This document shows positions 27,229-38,361 of a stretch of DNA of 64,000 nucleotides, in pieces. Made by a program: the position numbers and the translations under genes. The notes beneath the pieces were generated by a model, which saw only the letters and a program-made list of their open reading frames with translations, did not search any database and had not been told where the DNA came from. Source of the DNA: Octopus vulgaris (Eukaryota); contig OX597814.1 of the NCBI GenBank assembly GCA_951406725.2, forward strand, positions 107,012,001 to 107,076,000, written 5' to 3'. Each line of letters opens with the position of its first letter. Position 1 is the stretch's first letter.

Positions 27229-27505
27229 GCTCTTAACCACTACGCCATATGGCGTAATGGTTAAGAGCGCAGGCTACTAACCCCAAGATTCCGAGTTAGA
27301 TTCCAGCCAATGACCTGAATGATAATAATAATAATATCAAAAAATACCTTAGGAATGAGAACCCAGGTTCGAAATTTCCCCAAGACACCTGATGAAGGCT
27401 GGAGGGTATATCAGCCGAAACATGTTAACAAACAAGATGAGGACAAATACCTGTCTAATGTAAATAATGTACACAATTCCTCATCTCTTAAATATAGAAC
27501 TGTAT
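27229..27505 (+). mobile_element. SINE-like element: tRNA-like Pol III head + (AAT)n + hammerhead-ribozyme-like module
   Basis: A box TGGCGTAATGG (27250), B-box-like GAGTTAGATTCC, CTGATGA at 27389-27395, stem GGCTG/CAGCC, GAAA at 27417-27420; 20-bp inverted copy of the head at 27229-27248. Confidence 0.7.
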
Positions 27506-28002
27506 TAAACTCTATTTTGTTGCCATGGAATATAGCACAGTCATGCTAAGGCAACTTCAGACAATCAGAGAGGCACATAGGAATACCAAAGTGCAGTTAT
27601 CTGCCCTCTTGGTTGGCGCATGTTTTAACAATAGTCAGCAGATAGATTCAACAGGGAACACATCGTTTTTTCTAAGATGGAAACTGTCTGTCTGTATTTC
27701 TTACCATGTTAGTGCCACAGCTTCTAAACCATTTGTGAAATAGTAAGTTTTATGGCCTCCCTTCTGACCCCTTAGACCACTTACATATATATATACACCT
27801 GCTTTGCTCATCACTTGTAAGCTCTCATTACAATCCAAATAAAGTCACAATGTTTCGTTTACAAACATCCCTTCTGACATTCAGAACACTTGCATATTTC
27901 AAAATTAGTGACCACCCACACTAAATTGGTGACTTTCCACATTATTTACACACCACATTAGTAAGAGACCAAAGTCAAAACCACTTCTTACTTTGATTGT
28001 AT

Positions 28003-28058
28003 TTAATATTCCACAGTCACAGTCTTTATCTTCAGATATTCATTCAAAGCAGCTTCAC
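28003..28058 (-). CDS. ALDH1L1: ALDH1L terminal coding exon (EAALNEYLKIKTVTVEY*)
   Basis: cAG acceptor, phase 1, TAA at 28005-28003; resembles the ALDH1L C-terminus EAALNEYL..KTVT.EY. Confidence 0.95.
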
Positions 28059-28391
28059 CTGAAGGAAATAAGAAGATTGAGTGTTTGTCAGTGTTTCATA
28101 GAATGATGTCCACGAGATTTCCACACTAAATACAAGGGCTATGCTTACCACCAAAGCCTTTGGGCTTCTGACTCTAGACAAAGAAAACATCTATGGTAAC
28201 TCTTGTGCTACCAGCCTGCCTGAGACTAGTTTTAGGACAAACTTGCTGTTTGAAAGTGAAGTTAACATTGTTTGTGCAATTTTGAATGGCTAATATGTGC
28301 CTTCCATGCTGTCTCGGATCAAATTCTCAGCCTGACAAAATACACCTCTGAAATATAAAAGGCATTGTTTATAGACAAACTCAACACTCAC

Positions 28392-28591
28392 CTAGATCTT
28401 TGCCGAAACCAGATTGTTTAAATCCGCCAAAGGGAGCAGCGACGTCAGTTTTGTTGTATGTATTCACAAACACGGTACCAGCCTGAAGACTGTCTGCTAC
28501 GGTTAATGCTTTGTTGATGTCTTTGGTAAAAACACCAGATGCCAAGCCATATTCTGTGTTATTAGCTCTTCGTAATACATTTTCAATATCT
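28392..28591 (-). CDS. ALDH1L1: ALDH1L exon 14 ([22 protein letters not shown]...[20 protein letters not shown])
   Basis: cAG/GTgagt, 200 nt; YGLASGVFT and PFGGFKQSG motifs. Confidence 0.96.
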
Positions 28592-31500
28592 CTGAAAAAA
28601 AAAAGTTTTGAAGGATATTAAAAGATGAGATGATGGAATCCCATGGAATTCATCATCATCATCATCGTTTAACATCCATTTTCCATGCTAGCATGGGTTG
28701 GACGGTTCGACCGGGGTTTGGGAAGCCAGGAGGCTAATCTGGCAGTGCTTCTACAGCTGGATGTCCTTCCTAACACCAACCACTCCGTGAGTGTAGTGGG
28801 TGCCTTTTACGTGCCACTGGCACAGGTGCCAGGGGAGGCTGGCAACAGCCACGATTAGTTGGTGCTTTTTACGTGGCACCGGCACGGAAGCCAGTCAAGG
28901 TGGCGCTGGCATCGGCCACGTTTGGTTGGTGCTTTTTACGTGCCACCAGCACAGGTATCACAACTACAATTTCCATTTGATTTTTATTTGATGTTGATGT
29001 AAATCAGATTTCATAAGTGTGATACTGAAAGTGAATTGAAAGACACAAATCATTGTTGTTGTTATAATCATCATCGTTTTATGTCCAGTTCTCCATGTTT
29101 GTAGGAATCAAATGGAATTTGTTGAGACAGATTTTCTACAGCTGGATGCCCTTCCAGAAGCCAACCCTCACCTATTTCCAAGCAAAGTAGTATTTTATCA
29201 AAGAAGACTGGAAATAACCAACAACACTTGAACAACACCTATTTCTTTACTACCCACAAGGAGCCAAACACAGAGGGGACAGACAAACGGATTAAGTCGA
29301 TAACATCAAACCCAGTGCGTAACTGGTACTTAATTTATTGATCCCAAAAGGATGAAAAGCAAAGTCGACCTCGGCGGAATTTGAACTCAGAACGCAACAG
29401 CAGACGAAATACGGCTATGCATTTCACCCGGCGTGCTAACATTTCTGCCAGCTCGCCGCCTTCCTTGAACAACACCTAGTATGACAGCAATGTTCACTTA
29501 TGAGGGTGTTCACAGACACGTATCATCACCATCACAGGCTGGACAGTTTGACAAGAGCTTGCAAGGCTTAGAGCCACACCCGGTTCCATCATCTGTTTTG
29601 GCATGGTTTCTACAGCTGGATGCCCTTCCTAATGCCAACCACTTTATGGAGTGTACTCGGTGCTTATTATGTGACACTAGCACCAGTGCTTTTTTTTATG
29701 TGGTGCAAGCACAAGTAATTTCTACAAGGTACCAGTATTTATTCTTTACACACACATACAACAGGCTTCTTCCAGTTTCCATTTACCAAATCCACTCACA
29801 TGGCTTTGGTCAGCCTGAGGCTATAATAGAAGACACTGGGACTGAATCTGGAACCATATGGTTGGGAAAGCAAACTCTTTAACTACTCAGCATGCCAAGA
29901 ATATTTTTAATTACAGTAATTAGGATTCTTGCAAGGAATCAATATCAATTAGCTAATCACCATCAATCTACATTCACACACACTTTCAGGGCTGATAAAA
30001 TAAAGTTAAGAACTGGAATCAATGGCACCAGTTAATCCGCTTCCTTCCTTCAAAACTGCTGGCCTTTTGCCAAAACCTGAAACCATCATCATCACCATTG
30101 TCATATTTATGAACAGTTTGTAATATCTTCAACTTTTCAAAGAAAGTACAATAAAACAAGACTTTTGCTTTGGAAGAACACATTGTTTCAAAGACTATTT
30201 CATTTGGAAAGCAAGGAAAGAGCTTTAACATCAAGAACAACAATAACAACAACCTTGGAAGCTTAATCATTGTTTTCTTTTCTGTCTATGTCTTGCAATG
30301 TACTTGGGGACCCTGTCAGTGCAGGTGCCACTTAGAAGCACCCAGTCCACTCTGCTGAGTGGTTGGCGTTTGGAAGGACATCCAGCTGTAAAAATCCTGC
30401 CAAAACAGTCACAGAAGTCTGGTGCAGACTTCTGCCTGGCCGGCTCTTGTGAAACTGTCACACACATGCTAGCATGGAAGGCAGACATTAAACGATGAAC
30501 ATTCTTGCTCACCGTTTACAGCAATACTTGGCAGTAATACGCCTAGAATGTGGACAATGCATGTGTCCTGTGAGTGGCAACTGCACCATACCCGTTCAGT
30601 GCAACTTGTGCAGCAGTTTTCCACCAAGCACAACATTCCCCAGATCTCATCTCTTGCAACTTTTTCCTTTTTCCAAAAAATAAATACCCACAAATGCCAC
30701 TCACCACAGACGCATGTGACACACTTCACTTCTTAAGAACATTATAACTGAGTAATTATGTGTGACAGAGGTCAAAGTCCATCTGTGCCAAGCAGCTTCA
30801 TATTGCATACTTCATCACTGTTACCATAGCAACAGTTCCGATACTCTTTGAATAGACCTCTCATAAAGTATATTGAATATAGATGAGAGAAACCTGTAAA
30901 TACCATTATAACAAAAACAAAAAGGAGGAGGGGTAGTCTCAAATAATTGTGAGCCATGGTTTTGCCTAGAACTATTGAGATATAACTGAGATATTGGTTC
31001 AGTTTCACGTATCTGTATAAAAAAGAGCTTCATCAAAAACAGCAAAATCCAATGCTTCTTGGAGAGGAAGCTCCCTGACATTTCATCATTGTTTAACTTT
31101 ACTCTTTCACTTGTTTGACTGCAGCCATGCTGGAGCACCACCTTAAGTCGAGCAAATCGACCCCAGGACCTATTCTTTGTAAGCCTTGTACTTATTCTAT
31201 CGGTCTCTTTTGCCGAACCGCTAAGTTACAGGGACTTAAACACACCAACATCGGTTGTCAAGTGATGTTGGGGGCACAAACATAGACACACACACATATA
31301 CACGACAGGCTTCTTTCAGTTTCTGTCTACCAAATTTACTCACAAGGCTTTGGTCGGCCCGAGGCTACAGTAGAAGACACTTGCCGAAAGTGCCACGCAG
31401 TGGGACTGAACTCAGAACCATGTGCTTAGTAAGCAAGCTACTTACCACACAGCCACTCCTGTTCATTTTGCTTTACTTGCATGGGTCAGATGGAATTCAC

Positions 31501-31726
31501 TGAGACAGATTTTCTATAGCTGGATGCCCTTGCTGTTGCCAACCCTCATTTGCTTCAAAGCAAATAAGATTTGTCCTTGGTTGGACATGTTTGCACTGAA
31601 GACTGGAAATGAATGACAAGGCTTCTACAATGACAAGGCTCTCTTAGTTATCATGTAATGTCAAGACAAGGAGAGACACATATATCCACACACGCACATA
31701 TACTTAATTAGAAATCTCAGACTTAC

Positions 31727-31832
31727 CCATCTGTAAACTTTGAGATCACCATCACTGGACCAAATGATTCTTCTTTGGCAATAAAGTTATCATCTGTGAC
31801 ATTTGTGAAGACCGTTGGCATCATAAAAAAGC
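31727..31832 (-). CDS. ALDH1L1: ALDH1L exon 13 ([35 protein letters not shown])
   Basis: cAG/GTaagt, 106 nt; EESFGPV motif. Confidence 0.95.
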
Positions 31833-32243
31833 CTGCAGGCAAACAGAAATATTTCCGTTATAAAAAATTCAAGTTTATTTGAATTCTCTAAAATTCTGGT
31901 TTCTCTCTTTAGACATTTAAATGGGCAACAAGACGATTGCTCAGGGGATGAGCAGGGTTTAGCATTAACAACATGTTCAGAGAAATGGTTTAATCCTTTA
32001 GCATTTAAACTGGCCATATCAGGCCCAAATATGCTACCTGAGCATTTCAACAGAAATATAGTAACAAAAGGGTTAAGATATACAATAGAGAAACAATTCT
32101 TAAAGTGACCCCAGTACTTCAGTATGCATGATCTTTCCAATAGTATTCCTCAGGACTTTCCTTTCCTGCAATATCTCTGTGAAATCCCCTTTTCTACAAC
32201 ATCCCTGAAAACCTTTCTTTTCTGTTGTTAAAAACCATTTTAA

Positions 32244-32436
32244 CCCTTTAGCATTTAAACCAACCAAATCTGGCCCAAATATTCTGTTTTATGTTCAAAC
32301 TGACCAGATCCAGCCTCTCATACTTACCCTACAATGCCATTATAAAATATACAATCATATCATCAAAATTTCAAAGCTATGATTAAATACAATGTGAATG
32401 AAAAACATTTGTCAGAAGATTCTGAAAGCTAAAGGC
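32244..32436. mobile_element. Second piggyBac-like MITE family (CCCTTTAGC...GCTAAAGG); another copy at 47009-47230
   Basis: TTAA flanks and CCCTTTAGC terminal inverted repeats. Confidence 0.75.
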
Positions 32437-32964
32437 TTAATGTAAACAAAGAGTTTATTGTAAATCACAGAGTTATGTGACATACGAGCTGACCTCATGT
32501 CACACAGCCAGTCCTGCGTCACACTGCTGACATCATGACACACAGCTGACAAACAATTTTGTTGATCATCTGACCTCTATCACAGCATTCACATATTTCT
32601 CTCAAACTGTTTCCCACCATTTTTAACCACTTAACATTCGGATTCTGTCAAATGTGACACTCCTTTCTTCAGGCATTATGTTTTAAATTAATCCTGCATA
32701 GTCTTCTAGCTTCAAGATTTCAGTGGTGTACTTTTTTACTTGTTTCGGTCATTTGACTGTGGCCATGCTGGAGCACTGCCTCTCGTCAAACAAATCAACC
32801 CCAGGATTTATTCTTGATAAGCCTAGTACTTATTCTATTGACCTCTCTTGCCAAACTGCTAAGTTACAGGGACATAAACACACCAATATGGGTTGTCAAG
32901 CAATGGTGGGGAGACAAACACAGATACACAAATACATTATATATAGATATATATATATATATAT

Positions 32965-33283
32965 AAACAATTGCAGTGTGGAAGGTGTTTATAAGCCATT
33001 TAAGAAACACACAAAACCGTTAAATTCACGTCAACATTTAAATTTAATTTGTCAAAATATTTTCATCACTTTAAGGCTGCGACCTGTTACTGACAAAATT
33101 CCGTGAACAGGTCACGGTCTCAAAGCAATGAAAATATTTTGGCAAATTAAATTTAAATGATGAAGTGAATCTAACAATTTTGGTGTGTTTTTAAATGGCT
33201 TATAAACACCTTCCATGCTGCAATTGTTTTTGTTCCAGCACACGATCTCATATCAGGTCACTTGCTATGCAAGTACATCTCCA
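32965..33283. repeat. Foldback element (about 125-bp arms 32965-33088 / 33106-33229); partial copy at 63829-64000
   Basis: Arms read as reverse complements of each other; inserted in the (TA)n of a SINE. Confidence 0.85.
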
Positions 33284-33951
33284 TAATATATATATATATA
33301 TATATAATCATCATCCGTTTTCTATGCTGGCATAGGCTGGATGGTTTGACTGAGGACTGGCAAGCCAGGAGGCTGCTCCAGGCTCCAATCTGATCTGGCA
33401 ATGTTTCTACAGCTGGATGCCCTTCCTAATGCCAACCACTCCGAGAGTGTAGTGGATGCTTTATACATGCCACCAGCATGGAGGCCAGTCAGGTGGTCCT
33501 GGCATTGATCACGTTCGGAGATATATATATGACGGGCTTCTTTCAGTTTCCGTCTATCAAATCTACTCACAAGGCTTTCAGCGCCTCCAGCCTATAGTAG
33601 AAGACACTTGTCTAAGGTGCTATGCAGTGGGACTGAACCGGAACCATGTGGTTGGGAAGCAAGCTTCTTACCACATAGCCACTCCTGTGGTGTGATTGTA
33701 TATTCTTAGAATGGCATTGTAGGGTAAGCGTGAGAGGCCAAATCTGGTCAGTTTGAACATAAAACAGAATATTTGGGCCAGATTTGGTTGGTTTAAATGC
33801 TAAAGGGTTAAAATGGTTTTTAATAACAGAAAAGAAAGGTTTTCATGGATGTTATAGAAAAGGGGATTTCACAGAGATATTGCAGGAAAGGAAAGTCCAG
33901 AGGAATACTATTGGAAAGATCATGCATACTGAAGTACTGGGGTCACTTTAA

Positions 33952-34145
33952 CCCTTTCGTTACCATATTTCTGTTAAGATGTTCTGTGTTTCTTTCAATT
34001 AATTTTAAATACAAAGAATTTAGTAAAATAACTTAGTTATCATTAAGCTAACATCAGGAACATAAATTGTGACTAAGGTTTGCTGAAAACAAGACATTTG
34101 TACTCAGAGCCAGAGGTGGTTTCAGTCAGGCTGGTATTGAAAGGT
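33952..34145. mobile_element. piggyBac-like MITE with TTAA duplication
   Basis: TTAA at 33948-33951 and 34146-34149; CCCTTTCGTTACC terminus; empty site visible in the inverted paralogous arm at about 32089-32110. Confidence 0.85.
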
Positions 34146-34176
34146 TTAAGAATTGTTTCTCTATTATATATTTTAA

Positions 34177-34398
34177 CCATTTTGTTACCATACTTCTGTT
34201 GAGATGCTCTGTGTTTCTTTCAATTAATTTTAAATATAACAAAGAATTCAGTAAAATAACTTAATTATCATTTAGCTAGTGTTAGGAACATAAATTGTTA
34301 CTAAGGTTTGGTGGAAGATTTTAATTCAGAACTTTTGAAAACAAGACATTTGTACTACAGAGCCAAAGACAGTTTCAGCCGGGTTGGTAACGAAAGGG
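34177..34398. mobile_element. piggyBac-like MITE, same family
   Basis: TTAA flanks; ends GGTAACGAAAGGG. Confidence 0.8.
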
Positions 34399-34695
34399 TT
34401 AACAAACTATCCAGTCTGTACAGCAATGAAAATTTCATTGGGATATTGCGAGAAAAGGGTGTTTCATAAAGATACTGCAATGAAAAGATGAATAAAGTTA
34501 TTACGAGTATTTTAGGGGTCTTTGAAAGAGATAGGTGTGTGAAGTAATGAAGAGAAGCAGCTTCCAGGAATTAGGTTCAAATGAGAACAAAACTGGAGCA
34601 TGATGTAGTCCTTGAATCCATCACATCCTGTCAAACCATCCGACCCCATATCAGTATTGAATAGGGACATTAGAAGATGAAGAAGATGACATTAC

Positions 34696-34861
34696 CTGGA
34701 CAGTCGACACGTTTTCCTCCATAAACAAGTGTGGCTCCCTCTTTTATTCCAATCTCACAATATTCAAGTAATTTGTCCAAATGAGATTTATGGTTCTGGG
34801 GCCCATGGTCCACAGAACGGTCTAATGGGTTTCCAATCTTCATTTTCTTTATTTCTGCTAT
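34696..34861 (-). CDS. ALDH1L1: ALDH1L exon 12 ([24 protein letters not shown]...[10 protein letters not shown])
   Basis: cAG/GTaatg, 166 nt; DHGPQNH motif. Confidence 0.95.
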
Positions 34862-35199
34862 CTGTGGAAGAGTAAAGATAATGAGAGAGAGAAGGGATGA
34901 GAAGGAGTAGAGAGAGGGAGGTGGTTGAGACAAAAGGAGAGAAGAGAACCAAAAGGGAAGAGGAATTTGTCTTTGAACAACATCAAGTATATGATTGTGT
35001 GTGTGTGAGAAAGAGAGTGAGAGTGACATTGACAGTATGCAAGAGTGAGTGAGTGTATATAAGGATGGGTGAATGAATGAATTTTACATTTATACAAGGT
35101 GTACAAGGAATTCCTGAACAAAATTTAGTTGGCACCAAGAATATAAGGTAATCTGAGGTGTGCACTAAATTTGAACTTCTTTATTTCTTTCTCTGATTG

Positions 35200-35780
35200 A
35201 CCATTGCTCCAAATTGCTCCCCAGACCATCACAGAATAGCTGCCTTGTTTCGTTGTTAGCAGCAATCTTTTTGTGTCAAATTCTTGATCACAGAGTTTTC
35301 AGACCCACACTTGGCCACTGTCAGAAAATACAGCAAATCTGGACTCATCAGACAATATGATAGCATACCAAAATGCTAGCAGCCACTCCATCATCTCATT
35401 GGCCCATCCTTTTCTTCACTTGATATTGGCTGGTTCAAGAAATGGCTCTCTCCTTGCTGCTCTGCCATAGTAGCCAAGATTGTGGAGATACCTGGGAGCT
35501 GTTCTGGGACTAGCATCAACTTGATCTGCTTTGTTAGAGGCCTTGCAATGAGGATTATCCTCCACACTTCACAAAGCAAAGGCCCTAGTTGACCTGGGTA
35601 AGGTGATATAGACTCCTTCCCCTCTCGGTGAATTGCACAATCACCCTATTGACTGTAGAAAATGGGATCCCAAGGTTTTCTGTGATTTTACGCTGACCAA
35701 GTCCACTTTCAGATTGACCCACAATAGGGCCTCTTTGAATTTTGGACAGTTCCAATGCTTTTTTTTGTACATGGCATGAT
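35200..35780 (-). mobile_element. Degenerate Tc1-like transposase remnant
   Basis: Minus-strand IILSDESRF (about 35335-35362) and SVMVWGAIW (about 35208-35235) motifs; stops and frameshifts; boundaries approximate. Confidence 0.6.
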
Positions 35781-36064
35781 TAAAAAGTTACATATAGAAC
35801 CTGAAACATAAATATGTCCATTAATAAAAAATATAAACCTTTTCAAGTAAAACATGAAACAACGTTTTATGGAGTGTTTATTTACTTCTGTCGTGTGTGT
35901 GTGTGTACCCTCTTCCAAGATGCTCTAAGCCAGTATGAGGGAGTATGGCTGATGAAACCAACACAAGGTGTATCCTATAACACAGATTCATACTCTGGAA
36001 GCATCTACCTTGTGTCAATGTGCCACAGGTGAAGATAGTAAGAAAAGATGATATATAAAGAGCT

Positions 36065-36630
36065 TATTTACATTATTTACATTTGAGCGATATTTGTCCT
36101 CATCTTGTTTGTTGTTAACACAACGTTTCGGCTGATGTACTTTCCAGCTTTCATCAGGTGTCTTGGGGAAATTTCAAACCTGGGTTATCATTCCTAAGGT
36201 ATTTTTGATGTTATTATTCACTTCTATATTTAAGAGATGAGAAATTATGTACATTATTTACATTTGACGGGTATTTGTCTTCATCTTGTATGTTGTTAAC
36301 ACAATGTTTCAGCTGATATACCCTCCAGTCTTCATCAGGTGTCTTGAGGAAATTTCGAACCTGGGTTCTCATTCCTAAGGTTTTTTTGATGTTATTATTA
36401 TTATTATTATTCAGGTCACTGCCTGGAATCAAACTCAGAATCCCACATTCTTAACCACTACACCAGATGTCCATGGGCATAGGGATGAGAACCCAGGTTC
36501 GAAATTTCCCGAAGACACCTGATGAAGACTGGAGAGTATATCAGCCGAAACATGTTAACAACAAACAAGATGAGGACAAATATCCTTCAAATGTAAATAA
36601 TCCCTCATCTCTTAAATATAGAACTGTATA
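36065..36630. mobile_element. Cluster of three copies of the hammerhead-bearing element (two tandem on -, one inverted on +)
   Basis: Modules at 36117-36163(-), 36298-36344(-) and 36513-36560(+); 181-nt spacing of the tandem pair; partial tRNA-like head at 36412-36465(-). Confidence 0.75.
36117..36163 (-). ncRNA. Putative minimal type-I hammerhead ribozyme (Penelope-type)
   Basis: AGACAC-CUGAUGA-A-AGCUG-loop-CAGCC-GAAACGUU-GUGUU: stem I GACAC/GUGUU, stem II GCUG/CAGC, palindromic ACGU stem III. Confidence 0.6.
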
Positions 36631-36894
36631 TAAAGAGCTTGTTTCAATTTCCATCCACCAAAATGCATTCCCAAGGTTATGGTCTGTTCACTGTTTTAGT
36701 AGAAGACACTTGCCCCGCGTACCACATTAATAGATTCAAAATGGTTTACATGTGAGAATACATGTGCCAATGTACATGTGTAGAAAAAGTGTGACTGGGT
36801 CTGTGCTATGTAATGTCAGGGTGACCTTATAATTGCAGAAGAAACTCAACACCAGAGTTCTTTCATGCAGAGAACAAACAAAACTAAGACTTAC

Positions 36895-36993
36895 CACACG
36901 CTCAACAAATTCGTCATGGATGGATTCTTCAACGAATAACCGTCCAGCTGCGATGCAGTTCTCTCCTTTGTTAAAGAACACGCTGCCACATCC
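36895..36993 (-). CDS. ALDH1L1: ALDH1L exon 11 ([33 protein letters not shown])
   Basis: cAG/GTaagt, 99 nt; [12 protein letters not shown] carries the catalytic Cys. Confidence 0.96.
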
Positions 36994-37574
36994 CTGAAAA
37001 AAAAATGAAAGAATGAAGTCAATTATGGGGTAGAATAACAATAAAACTTTTACTTGTTTCAGCCATTGGATTGTGGCCATGCTGGAGCACCACCTTAAAG
37101 AGTTTTCAGTCATACAAATTGACCCCAGGACTTATTTTTAAGTACAGTGCTTATTCTATCAGTTACTTTTGCTGAAACACTAAGTTACTGGGGATATAAA
37201 CAAACCAACATTGGTTGTCAAATAATGGTGGGGGACAAGCACAAAGGGCTTCCTCACAGTTTCCATCTACTAGATCCACTCAAAAGGCATTGGTTGGCCA
37301 GGGACTATAGTAAAAGACACTTGCCCGAGGTGTCACACAGTGACCACGTGGTTATAAAGCAAGCTTCTTAACCATGCTGCCAGACCAATTTTTTGTGGTA
37401 TAACAGAAAATGGAATTAGGGTTGAGTAAGATTCTGGTACTTCTAGAAAGGCTGACTAAAGCAAGAACTGTGATTTGTCATCACATTCCATAGACATTAC
37501 TATCATAAGGTCAAGTCTGTAAGGGGACCTCTAGGTGGGGAATCAATCTGGTAGAAATACTAGCTGTATAAAGG

Positions 37575-37810
37575 CGGGGAAGAGCTGGCAGAAATGTTAG
37601 TATGCCAGGCGAAATGCTTAGCAGTATTTCGTCTGCCGCTACGTTCTGAGTTCAACTTCCGCTGAGGTCGACTTTGCCTTTCATCTTTTCGGGGCCGATA
37701 AATTAAGTACCAGTTACGCACTGGGGTCAATGTAATCAACTTAAACCCTTTGTCTGTCCTTGTTTGTCCCCTCTGTGTTTAGCCCCTTGTGGGAAATAAA
37801 GAAATAAGAA
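37575..37810 (+). mobile_element. tRNA-derived SINE with Meta-domain-like core (representative copy)
   Basis: AGCTGGCAGAA...GAGTTCAA head and GCCTTTCATC(C)TTTCGGGG(T)CGATAAATTAAGTACCAG core; other copies at about 3270-3490, 7768-7980, 29240-29460(-), 40530-40680, 50055-50180, 54600-54800, 55700-55900, 55945-56180, 56330-56550 and 61262-61475. Confidence 0.78.
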
Positions 37811-38261
37811 ATAATAGCTGAATTTTCCTCAGTTCTTACCCTACCACTGTCAAAAAATGGAACGAATATATTTGAGAATACAGTTTCATATAACTCTAAG
37901 ATGTTGGAATGGCCAGAGCTGGAATGTTTTTGCTCAATTATAATTTTGCATGATCATGGGTGACCTAGGGCTAAACACAACAACTGCAGTTGGGATTGAA
38001 TTCATGACCTTTAATGGCCAGTCAATTGATTATTGTGCACAAATTCAGTGAAAAGTAAATTTGAAGAGAGAGAGAGAGGGGAAGAAAACAAAGAAAAGAG
38101 GAAGAAAGGAAGGAAAAAAAGAAAGAATGAGATGTAGAAAGAAAAACAAGAAAGCGATGGGGAGATATGGTTGACCATTCTGGAATGCCAGAGCATTGCC
38201 AAAAGAGACAAAAAGATTGAGATCAGAGAGAGAAGCGTTTATAAAATCAAACAATATTTAC

Positions 38262-38361
38262 CATTCTGACCGCTTTGTCCATATCACAATCTGCAAATAT
38301 AATGAGAGGAGATTTGCCACCAAGTTCCAGAGAAACTTTCTTGACATTGCTTTTGGCACAA
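38262..38361 (-). CDS. ALDH1L1: ALDH1L exon 10 ([33 protein letters not shown])
   Basis: cAG/GTaaat, 100 nt; LELGGKSP catalytic Glu motif. Confidence 0.96.

Noticed and set aside
27250-27315. tRNA-gene-like sequences (also 19170-19235, 54840-54905, 59665-59735)
   Set aside because: No intact acceptor stem or T-run terminator; they continue into repeat bodies, so they are SINE heads
28149-28347. Exon-like segment (AG...GTaagc on -) in the last ALDH1L intron, close in size to the 200-nt exon; possible mutually exclusive exon
   Set aside because: In-frame TAG after 18 codons, no ALDH similarity, 199 nt breaks phase, upstream intron would be only 44 nt; resembles a MITE remnant
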